Origin: an uncultured virus (IMG/VR IMGVR_UViG_3300050503_000206)
Taxonomy: Duplodnaviria > Heunggongvirae > Uroviricota > Caudoviricetes
Virus record (IMG/VR): IMGVR_UViG_3300050503_000206
DNA length: 48,880 nucleotides
Reading direction: 5' to 3' (one strand)
Shown: in pieces, positions 1-8,493 of the stretch
Numbering within the stretch: position 1 is the stretch's first letter
Layout: every line of letters starts with the position of its first letter
Notes under the pieces: generated by a model
Databases searched by the model: none
What the model saw: only the letters and a program-made list of their open reading frames with translations
Told to the model about the DNA's origin: nothing
Made by a program: the position numbers and the translations under genes

Positions 1-360
1 TGCGCTGCGGTGTGCGGCCTTCGGCAACGTCACCTTCGCCGCGACGGCCACAGGCACGAGCGCGAGCACGGCCCCCGCTGCGATCGCGCTCGCGGTCCCG
101 ATCGGGTTCTGCAAGGGGTTGGCCGAGCGGCCCTTGGGCAGGATCGCCCCGAGCACGCCGCCCGTCACGCCGCCGGTCACGCCTGCGACCAGAGCTCGGC
201 TCCACACGCGATCGGTCGATGCCGCGGCGAAGCTCGAGGCGATGCCGATCGCGCTGCCGACGAGGCCGAGGCCGATCGCGGCCTGCTTGTCGAGTCCCCA
301 CGGGTTGCGAGGATTGCGACGGCGCCGCCGGCGACGCGGGTTCTGCTGACGTCGTTTCAT
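1..360 (-). CDS. Arg-rich NP-motif membrane protein (partial, runs off left edge)
   Basis: Manual translation from ATG at 360: MKRRQQNPRRRRRRRNPRNPWGLDKQAAIGLGLVGSAIG...GRSANPLQNPIGTASAIAAGAVLALV; ATGA overlap with upstream stop; not in ORF track. Confidence 0.8.
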   Translation of the reverse strand, partial: MKRRQQNPRRRRRRRNPRNPWGLDKQAAIGLGLVGSAIGIASSFAAASTDRVWSRALVAGVTGGVTGGVLGAILPKGRSANPLQNPIGTASAIAAGAVLALVPVAVAAKVTLPKAAHRSA

Positions 361-692
361 CCCTGCACTCCCAGCGCGAGCAGTGTGTCGCGGACTGCCT
401 GCTTTGCGCCGAGTTCGCTCGCCGTGGCGCCGCCGGCCACAGACACGCCGTTGTGGTCCACGCCCCAGATCCACGACGATCCCTCTTGGCTGATCGTCCA
501 CGAGTACTCGTTGAGCGTCCCCGAGGTGCCCATGTTCTCGGGGCGCAGGATCTCGTCGATGGCCTTCTTCGCGACGCGATGCAGCGCATACACGCCGGCG
601 GCGGCGAGCGTCACCGGCACGAGCACGACGCCAGCGACCACGATCGCCACGATCGCGCCGGTGCTGAGGTTCTTCTGGCGTCGTCGTTTCAT
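357..692 (-). CDS. putative virion membrane protein with basic leader
   Basis: MKRRRQKNLSTGAIVAIVVAGVVLVPVTLAAAGVYAL: basic N-terminus then hydrophobic helix. Confidence 0.75.
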   Translation of the reverse strand: MKRRRQKNLSTGAIVAIVVAGVVLVPVTLAAAGVYALHRVAKKAIDEILRPENMGTSGTLNEYSWTISQEGSSWIWGVDHNGVSVAGGATASELGAKQAVRDTLLALGVQG

Positions 693-697
693 CGATC

Positions 698-1171
698 TCA
701 TCTCGCCGGAGTCACCGGTGATCCCGCGGTCGTCACCACGCTCGAGCCGCGAGAGAACGGCGCGAGCACTTCACCGAATCTTCCGGTCTGCGACGGCCAC
801 CAGACGGGGTACACGGTGGGATAGCCCGTGACGCCGTACCAGTCGAGAGCGACCTGCCGATTCAGATCGATCGCGATCCGCTGCAGCGTGCGGGCCGACA
901 ACGGCCTGCCGCTGTTGACCTCGGCGAGGGTCACCGCATCGAGGTTCGCCGGCAATCGCCGGCCCATGTTCACGCCGGGCGTCGTGAACGGAATCGGCAC
1001 GCACGCGCCACCGGGACAGCAGATGCACCAGACCAGTGCCGCGCCTTGGCTCGGGCACGCCTGATACCAGCACGGCGAAGCGCCGTACGGACGAAATCCG
1101 TACGCCGGCACGGGCACCGGCACGAGCATCGAGCGGAGGATCGGACGTCTGCGGCGGAATCGTCGGGGCAT
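698..1171 (-). CDS. Cys-rich modular hypothetical protein (shares modules with 7190-7927 and 9387-10772)
   Basis: Start MPRRFRRRRPILRS with AGGAG RBS; CWYQAC..WCICCPGGACVP; C-terminal FGEVLAPFSRGSSVVTTAGSPV shared with 9387-10772. Confidence 0.75.
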   Translation of the reverse strand: MPRRFRRRRPILRSMLVPVPVPAYGFRPYGASPCWYQACPSQGAALVWCICCPGGACVPIPFTTPGVNMGRRLPANLDAVTLAEVNSGRPLSARTLQRIAIDLNRQVALDWYGVTGYPTVYPVWWPSQTGRFGEVLAPFSRGSSVVTTAGSPVTPAR

Positions 1172-1188
1172 GGTGGTCTCCTGTTGGC

Positions 1189-1416
1189 TCAGAACCAGGC
1201 GCGAGCTCGATCTTTGGTGATCGGTGGCAAGGGCATCCTTTGCATGCCGCTTTGCGCGGCAGTCTGCTGCTTCATCATGCGAAACAGATCGCACTGCTCG
1301 ATGATCTGTCCCACGTACACCTCGCGCAGCACGTAGTACGTGGCGAGACCGCTGATGGCGGCGGTGCCGGCCGCCCATGCGAACGTCGCGAGTGCACCAG
1401 GGTTGCGTCGTTTCAT
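1189..1416 (-). CDS. small NP-motif membrane protein
   Basis: MKRRNPGALATFAWAAGTAAISGLATYYVL; ATGA overlap with upstream gene. Confidence 0.75.
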   Translation of the reverse strand: MKRRNPGALATFAWAAGTAAISGLATYYVLREVYVGQIIEQCDLFRMMKQQTAAQSGMQRMPLPPITKDRARAWF

Positions 1417-1604
1417 GGAATGGCCTCCGCCAAGGTGCCGATCCGTGCGCAGATCTTGAGCGCCTTGTTGCGGCGCGCCTGCATCGCGACCGAGACCAGT
1501 GCGATGCTCGCGAGAGCCGCGCCGCCCGAGATCAGCGTCGTCATGAGCATGCTCGGATTGCGCAACGTGCTGCGCTTCGGGTTGCGGCGCGACTTGGTCT
1601 TCAT
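1413..1604 (-). CDS. small NP-motif membrane protein
   Basis: MKTKSRRNPKRSTLRNPSMLMTTLISGGAALASIALVSVAM; ATGA overlap. Confidence 0.75.
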   Translation of the reverse strand: MKTKSRRNPKRSTLRNPSMLMTTLISGGAALASIALVSVAMQARRNKALKICARIGTLAEAIP

Positions 1605-1783
1605 CGGCGGGTGTATCCCACGATGGCGAGGCCGAGCAGCGTTCCCGCCACGGCACTCGCGATCGTCGTGCTCTTGTTCTTGGTCAGCGCGTAGGCGCCG
1701 ACGGCCGACAGAGCTGCGATGGTGGCGGCCGGGACGGCGTAGGCAGCCGCCTTGCCCTTGGGATTGAGTGCCAGGGCCTTCAT
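1601..1783 (-). CDS. small two-TM NP-motif protein
   Basis: MKALALNPKGK then two Ala/Gly-rich hydrophobic segments; ATGA overlaps on both sides. Confidence 0.75.
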   Translation of the reverse strand: MKALALNPKGKAAAYAVPAATIAALSAVGAYALTKNKSTTIASAVAGTLLGLAIVGYTRR

Positions 1784-2238
1784 GCGATTGCCTTCTGCAG
1801 ACCGTGGTCCACCGCGAGTGTGGTCGCACCGATCGTCGATCCGAGCAGCAGTGCCGTGCCGGGTCCGCTCGGGTTCATCATGCGGCCGGCGGGTCCGAAC
1901 TTGAGCTCGCGGGCGACGACGGTCGCCGCGAGGCCGACGGCGAGGCCGAGTGCAGCGCCCCGCAGCGCGCCCTTGGTCGCACGCACGCCGGTCGACTCGG
2001 TCGACACCGCGAACTGTCCCGCGTCGGTCGTGACGACCGGCATCGGGGCCTTCGCGGCGCTCGAGATCGCGATGGCGATCGCGCCGAGCGTGGCGCCGAC
2101 GAGCGCGCCCTGCGTGTACGTGATCCCCGGATTGCGGGGGTTGCGACGACGACGTCGCTTGCGACGACGTGGGTTCGCTTCCGGCGTCGGATTCGCTCGA
2201 CGCTGGATGGGGCCTTGGACGGGTGCACGAGTGGACAT
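1780..2238 (-). CDS. Arg-rich NP-motif multi-TM protein
   Basis: RRANPTPEANPRRRKRRRRRNPRNP leader, three hydrophobic segments, internal MMNP before the last; AGGAG RBS. Confidence 0.8.
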   Translation of the reverse strand: MSTRAPVQGPIQRRANPTPEANPRRRKRRRRRNPRNPGITYTQGALVGATLGAIAIAISSAAKAPMPVVTTDAGQFAVSTESTGVRATKGALRGAALGLAVGLAATVVARELKFGPAGRMMNPSGPGTALLLGSTIGATTLAVDHGLQKAIA

Positions 2239-2251
2239 GAAGGTTCTCCTG

Positions 2252-2485
2252 TCAGCGACGTTGGTCGATCTGGTCGACGACGATGTACGCGAGCAACCCG
2301 AGAGCCGCGCCTGTCAGGCCCGACGCCATCGTGCTCTTGCCGAGGGGCTTGGCGGCCAGGATCCCGACGGTCGTGCCTGCAGCGGTTGCGAACATCGGCA
2401 CGACGTAGCGTCCGAGCGGATCCTGTCTCGCGATGGTGAGCGCCGAAGGGTTGCGTCGGCGGGCGAGTGCGTTGCGGCGCTTCAT
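2252..2485 (-). CDS. small NP-motif membrane protein
   Basis: MKRRNALARRRNPS then two hydrophobic segments. Confidence 0.75.
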   Translation of the reverse strand: MKRRNALARRRNPSALTIARQDPLGRYVVPMFATAAGTTVGILAAKPLGKSTMASGLTGAALGLLAYIVVDQIDQRR

Positions 2486-2724
2486 TTCCCGATCTTTCCC
2501 TGCACGCCACCGAGCACTGCCAGGAGCCCGAGTGCGGCCGCACCGGTGGCTCCTCCGACGAGCAGCGTGTCGCCGACGCCCGCCGCTTCGCCTTTTTCAC
2601 CGCGCGACTTCACGTACTTCGAAGCGAGGGCAGTGGCGACGACGCCACCAACCAACCCGAGACCGGCCCACATCGCCACGCCGGTGGCGTTGGGCCTTTG
2701 CCAGTTTTTCTTGCGGCGTGCCAT
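2482..2724 (-). CDS. small two-TM protein with basic leader
   Basis: MARRKKNWQRPNATG then two Gly-zipper-like hydrophobic segments. Confidence 0.75.
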   Translation of the reverse strand: MARRKKNWQRPNATGVAMWAGLGLVGGVVATALASKYVKSRGEKGEAAGVGDTLLVGGATGAAALGLLAVLGGVQGKIGK

Positions 2725-2728
2725 GGCG

Positions 2729-3115
2729 TCAGTACGGCTGTGCCGGGATCACGATGGGGCCGGTCTCCTGCGCTTTCTTGAGCAGGTTGCGACCCATGAG
2801 CGCCATGCCGCCGATGATCACGGCCGGCACACCGATGAGCACGCCCACCGCGATGAGCGCGACGGTGCTGCCCTTCATGTTCTTCTTGCGCGGGTTGTTG
2901 CGACGACGTCGCTTGCCGCGACGACGGCGGCGCGGGTTGTCCTCGACCGTCGTCTCCTCGGGGTTGCGGCGTCGACGGCGACGGCGGGGGTTGTCCTGCG
3001 GCTCTGCGGACTCGCCGGGGTTGCGGCGACGTCGTCGACGGCGCGGGTTGGACTCGGGGAGCTCGGGCACGAGCGCGAGCTTCGGCTTCTTGGCGGTGGC
3101 GGTGCGTGTGGTCAT
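2729..3115 (-). CDS. protamine-like Arg-rich NP-repeat membrane protein
   Basis: Three NP-polyArg-NP units separated by acidic spacers, then one TM helix. Confidence 0.8.
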   Translation of the reverse strand: MTTRTATAKKPKLALVPELPESNPRRRRRRRNPGESAEPQDNPRRRRRRRNPEETTVEDNPRRRRRGKRRRRNNPRKKNMKGSTVALIAVGVLIGVPAVIIGGMALMGRNLLKKAQETGPIVIPAQPY

Positions 3116-3270
3116 GGTGTCGATGCCGTTTTCATAGCGCGGCGCTTCGCGGCGAACATGAGCGTGCCCGCGAGCGCGAGTGGGAGGCCGACGAGCAGCC
3201 CGATCGTCAGGAGGGAATCCGTGTTCGCCATGCCGCGTCGCGACCGGGCGTTCTTTCGTTTCTTCGCCAT
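3112..3270 (-). CDS. 52-aa single-TM protein with basic leader
   Basis: Manual translation MAKKRKNARSRRGMANTDSLLTIGLLVGLPLALAGTLMFAAKRRAMKTASTP; fills the gap with start/stop overlaps on both sides; below ORF-track cutoff. Confidence 0.7.
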   Translation of the reverse strand: MAKKRKNARSRRGMANTDSLLTIGLLVGLPLALAGTLMFAAKRRAMKTASTP

Positions 3271-4043
3271 CAGTGGATCAGTCCTCTCTCGTGGAGATCG
3301 AGGTGGCCGCCGGTCACGAAGATCACGTCGGGCCGATGGTTGGGATCATCTTGATCTTGATACGTCCACACGTCCGTGTAGTGGTGGTGGATGTACTCCT
3401 GCGCACCGCGCACGCGCGGGTCGGGATTCTTGTCGTGCCACTTGTCGCTGCGGTAGCTGACGGTGTCCGACGGTCCGACGCAGGTGACGTTCGCCGCGGG
3501 GATCTCGATCTCGTCGAAGCACGACGGCTCGCGTTGGTGCCAGCGCTCGTAGGTGTCGATGGCGTTCTTGGTCGGCTTCGCGTTCAGGCTGCACGCTTGG
3601 TACGGCGCGGTCGGGAACGCGTACATGGCCTTGTTCACCTCGTCCCAGTACAGCGTGGGCTCGTCGCCGGCGAAGCGGCGCACCTGCAGCTCGCCGGCCT
3701 TGTCGACGAACGCGTACTCGACGAGCACGCCGAGTGCGACCAGATCGCCGGGCTGCGGCAGCTGCATCGAGCTTGGCCAGCCGCAGCTGCCGTTGGCGCA
3801 GCGGTTCCAGTTGCGCTTGCCCTGCTTCTTCCACGCCATGCGGACCGTCCGCCACGCCGTGGCGCTCGCGGTCTCGTCGTCGCCGTACTGCCGCATCGCG
3901 TCGGCGTAGGCCTTGTCGTAGACCTCGCGCGCGTCGTCGGGCAGGCGGCGCGGCGACGGCAACGGCGGGTCGTAGATCCCGAGCTTGCTCTCGCGGTTCT
4001 TCGCTCGAGCAGCGGCGGCGTTGCGTTGGCGTCGGGTGAGCAT
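3270..4043 (-). CDS. ChaB-like domain protein fused to unknown C-terminal domain
   Basis: LPDDAREVYDKAYADAMRQYGDDETASATAWRTVRMAWKKQGKRNW matches the ChaB pattern LP..A..Y..A...A...Y..E..A...AW..V...K...W. Confidence 0.65.
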   Translation of the reverse strand: MLTRRQRNAAAARAKNRESKLGIYDPPLPSPRRLPDDAREVYDKAYADAMRQYGDDETASATAWRTVRMAWKKQGKRNWNRCANGSCGWPSSMQLPQPGDLVALGVLVEYAFVDKAGELQVRRFAGDEPTLYWDEVNKAMYAFPTAPYQACSLNAKPTKNAIDTYERWHQREPSCFDEIEIPAANVTCVGPSDTVSYRSDKWHDKNPDPRVRGAQEYIHHHYTDVWTYQDQDDPNHRPDVIFVTGGHLDLHERGLIH

Positions 4044-4046
4044 CGA

Positions 4047-4625
4047 TCAGTTCCGCCGGCCGGGCGCCTCCTCGTCGTCGAGGTCGTCGTCGTCCTCGTC
4101 GTCGTCGTAGCCGGGGTTGTCCATCGCGGAGATCTTCTGCTCGACCGCGGCGAAGCGCTTGTCGACGTGCGCGCCGAGGCGGCGGATCTCGGCGACGATC
4201 TCAGGTGAGGGCGCGACCACCACCTGCGGTGGCGCTTGGGGGGCGTACTGCGCGGTGTTGGTCAGCCGCGGTCCGTCGCGCAAGGCCTCGGGGATGTCGC
4301 GCACGTTCGGCTGCGGCCATCCCGACGGGTACGCGGGCTGCGGGTAGCCGTACGGCGGCGGTGGCGGATAGGCGGCCGACGAGTACGGGCTCGGTTCGAG
4401 CTGGTCGACGGACTTCTCGCGTCGCAACACGCGCTTGGCGTGCTTGGTGGCGGTCTTCCACAGAAGCGACGCCGCGCCGAGCACTCCAGCTCCCACGAGC
4501 GTCGTGAGGGCCACAGTGCGCACCGTCTTCCAGGTCTCGCTCGGGTTCTTGGCGCGGCCTTGGTCGCGGCGAGGCTCTTCGTTGTTGACCACGTGGGGAC
4601 GGGGACGGTTCGGGTCTTGCGTCAT
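4047..4625 (-). CDS. NP-motif membrane protein with Pro/Tyr-rich linker and acidic tail
   Basis: RAKNP then TM segment, YPPPPPYGYPQP, short coiled coil, DNPGYDDDEDDDD. Confidence 0.75.
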   Translation of the reverse strand: MTQDPNRPRPHVVNNEEPRRDQGRAKNPSETWKTVRTVALTTLVGAGVLGAASLLWKTATKHAKRVLRREKSVDQLEPSPYSSAAYPPPPPYGYPQPAYPSGWPQPNVRDIPEALRDGPRLTNTAQYAPQAPPQVVVAPSPEIVAEIRRLGAHVDKRFAAVEQKISAMDNPGYDDDEDDDDLDDEEAPGRRN

Positions 4626-4680
4626 CGCCGATGCTCGGCCCGAACCCACCAGCATTCCGCGCGTTTGTCACGCGCCGGGT

Positions 4681-5055
4681 CTACATGCGGTTGCTGCGTC
4701 CCTGCGCCCGGCGCCGCCGCGATCCTGCGGGATTGCGCCGGGGACGCGAGGCTGTCTCCGCGATCTTGTTGCCGACGATGTGCGCCAAGGGCTCGACCAT
4801 GTCGAGGAAGTGCGACTGCTCGGGCGCGAGCCGGCGTGCCACTCGAGACGCGACGTCGATGACCGGGTTGCGCTCGTGAGAGTCGGGCACGGTGCGCGGA
4901 ATCTCGGGGTCGTCGATGAGCCGCGCGACGAGGCGACCGAGGCCGACCGTGTCGCCGGCATGGTGCACGGCTCCGGTCGCGTCGGTGACGGCGTACGTGC
5001 CGTCGGATTCGCGACAGATCCCGAGCAAGACGAGCGGCGGAGTCGGTTCGGGCAT
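4681..5055 (-). CDS. hypothetical protein with C-terminal RRNP/Arg tail
   Basis: Globular-looking N-terminus, HERNP and PRRNPAGSRRRR; fits operon orientation. Confidence 0.65.
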   Translation of the reverse strand: MPEPTPPLVLLGICRESDGTYAVTDATGAVHHAGDTVGLGRLVARLIDDPEIPRTVPDSHERNPVIDVASRVARRLAPEQSHFLDMVEPLAHIVGNKIAETASRPRRNPAGSRRRRAQGRSNRM

Positions 5056-5076
5056 CCGCCGATCCTACCCCAGTGC

Positions 5077-6024
5077 CTACGAGACGGTGAGCTCCTGCGG
5101 CATGGGCAGTACCACGCCTTGCATGTCCACGCCGAGCCTCGAGACCATCGGGGGCGGGTCGACGGTCGAGCTGCCGTCGGGCCAGGGCAGCAGCTGGATC
5201 CGAGGTACGTCGCTGCCGAGCGCCTCGAGATCGAACGCGGGCATCCACAGCACCATGTGCGAGTGGCCGAGCCCGAGCGAAGTGCCGTCGAGATCGGTGC
5301 CGCGCACCGGTGTCTGTCCCGCTCCGATCGCGTCGAGCACGTTGGTGTGCCAGGGCAGCCAGTTCAAGCCGCGGCCGGCCGCGTTCATCATGAACGTCAC
5401 CGGCTTTGCGTTCGGATCGCGGATCCCGTTGGTGCACGCCGCATTGGTCGTGCCCGATCCTTCGGTGCAGGCCTTGCCTGGATCGGTGCCGCCGGCGTAG
5501 TTCGCGTTGGTCTGTCCGAAGACACGATCATTCCATGAGCCGGGCTCGATGAGCGCACGTCGCACGTCGCGGCGGAGCCTTCGTCCGAGGATCGCGTCGG
5601 GATCCTGGCCTTGCGCGCGCGCGAGTGCGATGGCCTTGGTCGGATCCATACCGGCCATCGTCAGCGCCGAACTCAAGAGCGCAATGACGAGTTCATCGAA
5701 GCCCTGCGACGGATCGAAGGAACCGCCTTGATCGCCAGCGTCGAAGAACATGCTCGGCGTCGGGTAGTTCTCGACGTGCAGAAGCGGCTTGTTCCACGGG
5801 TAGCCAGGGTCGGTCGCGCGGCCCCATGACCATCGCGACTCGCCCATCTCCGGGACGGGCTCGTCGTCGACGGTGGGCAACGGCTCGGTGGGGACGGCGT
5901 CGACCCGCTTGCGACGACGCCACAGGTACGCACCGCCGAGCCCCGTCGCCACGGCTGCCGTCCCGGCGATCGCAGCGATCGTGATGCCGGAGGGATTGAA
6001 CAGGCGTCGTCGATCTCGTCTCAT
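5077..6024 (-). CDS. membrane-anchored putative virion protein
   Basis: MRRDRRRLFNPSG then TM (ITIAAIAGTAAVATGLGGAYLW) and RRRKR; ATGA overlap. Confidence 0.75.
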   Translation of the reverse strand: MRRDRRRLFNPSGITIAAIAGTAAVATGLGGAYLWRRRKRVDAVPTEPLPTVDDEPVPEMGESRWSWGRATDPGYPWNKPLLHVENYPTPSMFFDAGDQGGSFDPSQGFDELVIALLSSALTMAGMDPTKAIALARAQGQDPDAILGRRLRRDVRRALIEPGSWNDRVFGQTNANYAGGTDPGKACTEGSGTTNAACTNGIRDPNAKPVTFMMNAAGRGLNWLPWHTNVLDAIGAGQTPVRGTDLDGTSLGLGHSHMVLWMPAFDLEALGSDVPRIQLLPWPDGSSTVDPPPMVSRLGVDMQGVVLPMPQELTVS

Positions 6025-6503
6025 GGCTGCGGGACCGGGATGTTCGCGGGTCGCGGCGTCGTCGGATCGCACGCGGTCTCGGTGACGATGGCCTCGCGCG
6101 CGAGCAGACCGAGCTCGGTCCACATCTGGCTCACGGTCGGGTGATCCCCCATGACCGGCGGCCATTCGAAGTCCGGGTGCAGCCGATGCGCGACGCACAA
6201 GCGCAGCTCTTCGACGAGCACGTCGATGTCGGCATCGTCGGCGGCGTCGGAAAGGACGTCCTCGGCGCAATCGCAGACTTCGTCGGTCAGGCGCTGGAAA
6301 TCGTCCGGCGTATCGGGCAGGTGCACGCGGTAGTCCGGATCGGGCAACCGCCAGCCCTCGAGCAGGTCGTCGGCGGCCTTCTGCACCTCGCGCTGCGTCG
6401 CGATCCAGTAACCGAGGCCGATCCCGACCGCGGCCGTCACGAGGCCCACCGCGTACGCGGCGATCGGCGCGGGGTTGATCACGTTGCGTCTTCGTTTTCT
6501 CAT
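6021..6503 (-). CDS. membrane-anchored putative virion protein
   Basis: MRKRRRNVINPAP then TM (IAAYAVGLVTAAVGIGLGYWIA); ATGA overlap. Confidence 0.75.
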   Translation of the reverse strand: MRKRRRNVINPAPIAAYAVGLVTAAVGIGLGYWIATQREVQKAADDLLEGWRLPDPDYRVHLPDTPDDFQRLTDEVCDCAEDVLSDAADDADIDVLVEELRLCVAHRLHPDFEWPPVMGDHPTVSQMWTELGLLAREAIVTETACDPTTPRPANIPVPQP

Positions 6504-7162
6504 CTTCGCCTCAGCGGCACTACGGCGCCGTTCTTGGTGCGTGCCCACTGCTGTCCGCCCGGCGAGCGGTGGACGCTCGAGAGCGACTCGCGTCGCCCCG
6601 ACAGTCCCGGCACGTCGGGGCAGATCCACTTGCCGCGCGCGTCGACGTAGCAGCGCGGCGGGAGGTTGCAGTGCACGCGACCATCTTCGCCGATCTCGCA
6701 GCTCTGCGGGGCGACGCGACGCTTGGGACGTCCGGGAATGTGGTGGCGAAGCCCGCGTTGGAAGTTGACCACGGGATCGTGCACGCCGAGCTCGGAGACG
6801 ACGACGGCGTGGAAGTCGTTGTCGGCCTGCGGCACCGAGACCGGCAGCGCCGGCACGCCGTACTTCTCCTCGAGCACCGCGGCCTCGTACGCGGCTGCGT
6901 CGCCACAGCTGAACGCACCGCGGTCGACGCAGGCTCCGATCCCGTACACGTCCATGAGCGGCTCGCCGGCGGCGTTGGTGCGGCGCTGCTCGGGCTTGTA
7001 GGCGAGACCCCACTCGCCGATCGTGTCGGGGATCTCGTCACCACGCGCGAGCATGGCTCGGATCACGCGACGGTTGTCGTCCTGCGTCATCTCCAGCGCT
7101 TGCTGGTAGGTGTCGCGGCTGCCGTCGCCGGCCGGCATGCAGAGGTGGAGCGTGAGCAGCAT
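6500..7162 (-). CDS. transglutaminase-like cysteine protease candidate
   Basis: Ordered Cys-His-Asp pattern: RGAFSCGDAAAYEAA...FHAVV...VHDP, resembling G(D)C.D / H / DP of the transglutaminase-like fold; Cys-rich C-terminus. Confidence 0.55.
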   Translation of the reverse strand: MLLTLHLCMPAGDGSRDTYQQALEMTQDDNRRVIRAMLARGDEIPDTIGEWGLAYKPEQRRTNAAGEPLMDVYGIGACVDRGAFSCGDAAAYEAAVLEEKYGVPALPVSVPQADNDFHAVVVSELGVHDPVVNFQRGLRHHIPGRPKRRVAPQSCEIGEDGRVHCNLPPRCYVDARGKWICPDVPGLSGRRESLSSVHRSPGGQQWARTKNGAVVPLRRR

Positions 7163-7189
7163 GGACCCTTGGACCCGTGGACCAGTCCG

Positions 7190-7927
7190 TCAGGGAACGT
7201 CGGGGTAGGTGACGCAGATCGGCAGCGCGCTGCCTTCGTAGCTGCAGCACTTCGCGTAGTCGGGAGCGCCGGTCCACCAGCAGACCTCGCCCGGTCGCCC
7301 GCCGGCGGCGGCCGCGAGCGGGAACGGCTTGAACGCCGAAGCCTGCGGCCACATGCCGCCATGGTAGAAGCGCGTCGCCCGACGACTTGGTGCCGTCGAT
7401 GCTTGCGTCGTCGCGTCGGTGATCATGTGAGGGAGGCTCCAGCCCGCGACGAGCGCCATGAGCGTCTCGTTCTGGCCCATGACCTGGATGACCTCGACGT
7501 CGTGACTGTGCACAGGACCGGCGCCGTGCATCCACAGCTTCGCGGGGCCCGGCACTGCGCCCGAAAGCTTAACCCAGGATTCGGGGTGGCTTGCCGGACG
7601 ATCGAAGTACGACGCCTTGAACCACCGGTTCGCGACGCCCGCGTTGCGCCACGCCGCTCCGCTGCGCACGTTGACGGGTGCCGGTGGGTTTGTGAACCGC
7701 ATCGGTCGACCGTACAGGTCGACGCCGCCCGGTCCGAGAATCGGCAGCGGAACGCACGTGCCCGATGCCCCGCAACAGATATAGGCCTGGCCGCCGTAGT
7801 AGACGACCTGGCACTGCTCGGCGCGCGCCGTCGGCAGCACCGAGCGCAGATACGCGATCTCTGCTTGGGTCGCCGCGCGTCGGCCGAGATGGGCGCGAAG
7901 GATCGGACGCTTCGGTCGAAGTCGCAT
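7190..7927 (-). CDS. Cys-rich modular hypothetical protein
   Basis: RPILR leader like 698-1171; YICCGASGTCVPLP; RFTNP; WFKASYF..P..WVKL module like 9387-10772; C-terminal CWW..CC. Confidence 0.75.
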   Translation of the reverse strand: MRLRPKRPILRAHLGRRAATQAEIAYLRSVLPTARAEQCQVVYYGGQAYICCGASGTCVPLPILGPGGVDLYGRPMRFTNPPAPVNVRSGAAWRNAGVANRWFKASYFDRPASHPESWVKLSGAVPGPAKLWMHGAGPVHSHDVEVIQVMGQNETLMALVAGWSLPHMITDATTQASTAPSRRATRFYHGGMWPQASAFKPFPLAAAAGGRPGEVCWWTGAPDYAKCCSYEGSALPICVTYPDVP

Positions 7928-7930
7928 CGC

Positions 7931-8479
7931 TCACTGCCCTCCGTAGGCGTCGGCCCACCACGCCGCCATGTTGTCCGCGACGTAGTCGTACGCCGCGGTG
8001 AACTGTTGCTGTGACCATCCCGCGGTCGCATTCTTCGTGATGGGATCGTAGTCGTCGCCGACGAGTCCCGTCGCCGCCATCACAGCCGCCGTTTCGGCGA
8101 AGTCAGGGATGTCGTTGGGCGGGTAGGCGACCGGTCCCTTGAGCTGCGCGAGGATCTGTCCGAACCACAGCGCGCGGCGGTGCAGCCACAGCTTCTGCGC
8201 GTTGGAGAGCAGGTTCGAGGTGAACTCGGTGTCCTGCGACGGCACGTAGTTGTACTGCGGCGCTCGCGGACGGAAGGCAGGCTTGTACGCCGGATTCGGA
8301 GCCGGATTCGTCGCCATGCCGCTCGAGCGCTGGCCGAACCCGGATGGACCTCCTCGAGGGTTGTACTCGGGCAGCTGTCCCGAGCCACATGCGGCCGCGG
8401 CGATCTCGGCGGGATTCTGCGCCGCCGCCAAGAGCATGGCCCGGTTCATCTGGTTCATCGGTCGGCGTGGTCGGATCAT
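7931..8479 (-). CDS. hypothetical putative virion protein with multiple NP motifs
   Basis: MIRPRRPMNQ..AAQNP..YNP..ATNPAPNP, then helical C-terminal domain. Confidence 0.7.
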   Translation of the reverse strand: MIRPRRPMNQMNRAMLLAAAQNPAEIAAAACGSGQLPEYNPRGGPSGFGQRSSGMATNPAPNPAYKPAFRPRAPQYNYVPSQDTEFTSNLLSNAQKLWLHRRALWFGQILAQLKGPVAYPPNDIPDFAETAAVMAATGLVGDDYDPITKNATAGWSQQQFTAAYDYVADNMAAWWADAYGGQ

Positions 8480-8493
8480 GGTAGCTCGCGATC

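Noticed and set aside
2880..3055. CRISPR-like repeat array
   Set aside because: Repeats are degenerate, in-frame codon repeats for NP-polyArg; no cas genes
1820..3460. Long plus-strand ORF (546 aa) and similar antisense ORFs such as 14884-16914, 27191-28765 and 43680-45680
   Set aside because: Shadow ORFs of high-GC coding DNA; the opposite strand has motif-bearing, RBS-preceded, overlapping genes
1..6503. Arg-rich leaders as Tat (twin-arginine) signal peptides
   Set aside because: No S/T-RR-x-FLK consensus or clear AxA site; NP motifs also occur internally and in proteins without hydrophobic segments. Not fully excluded.
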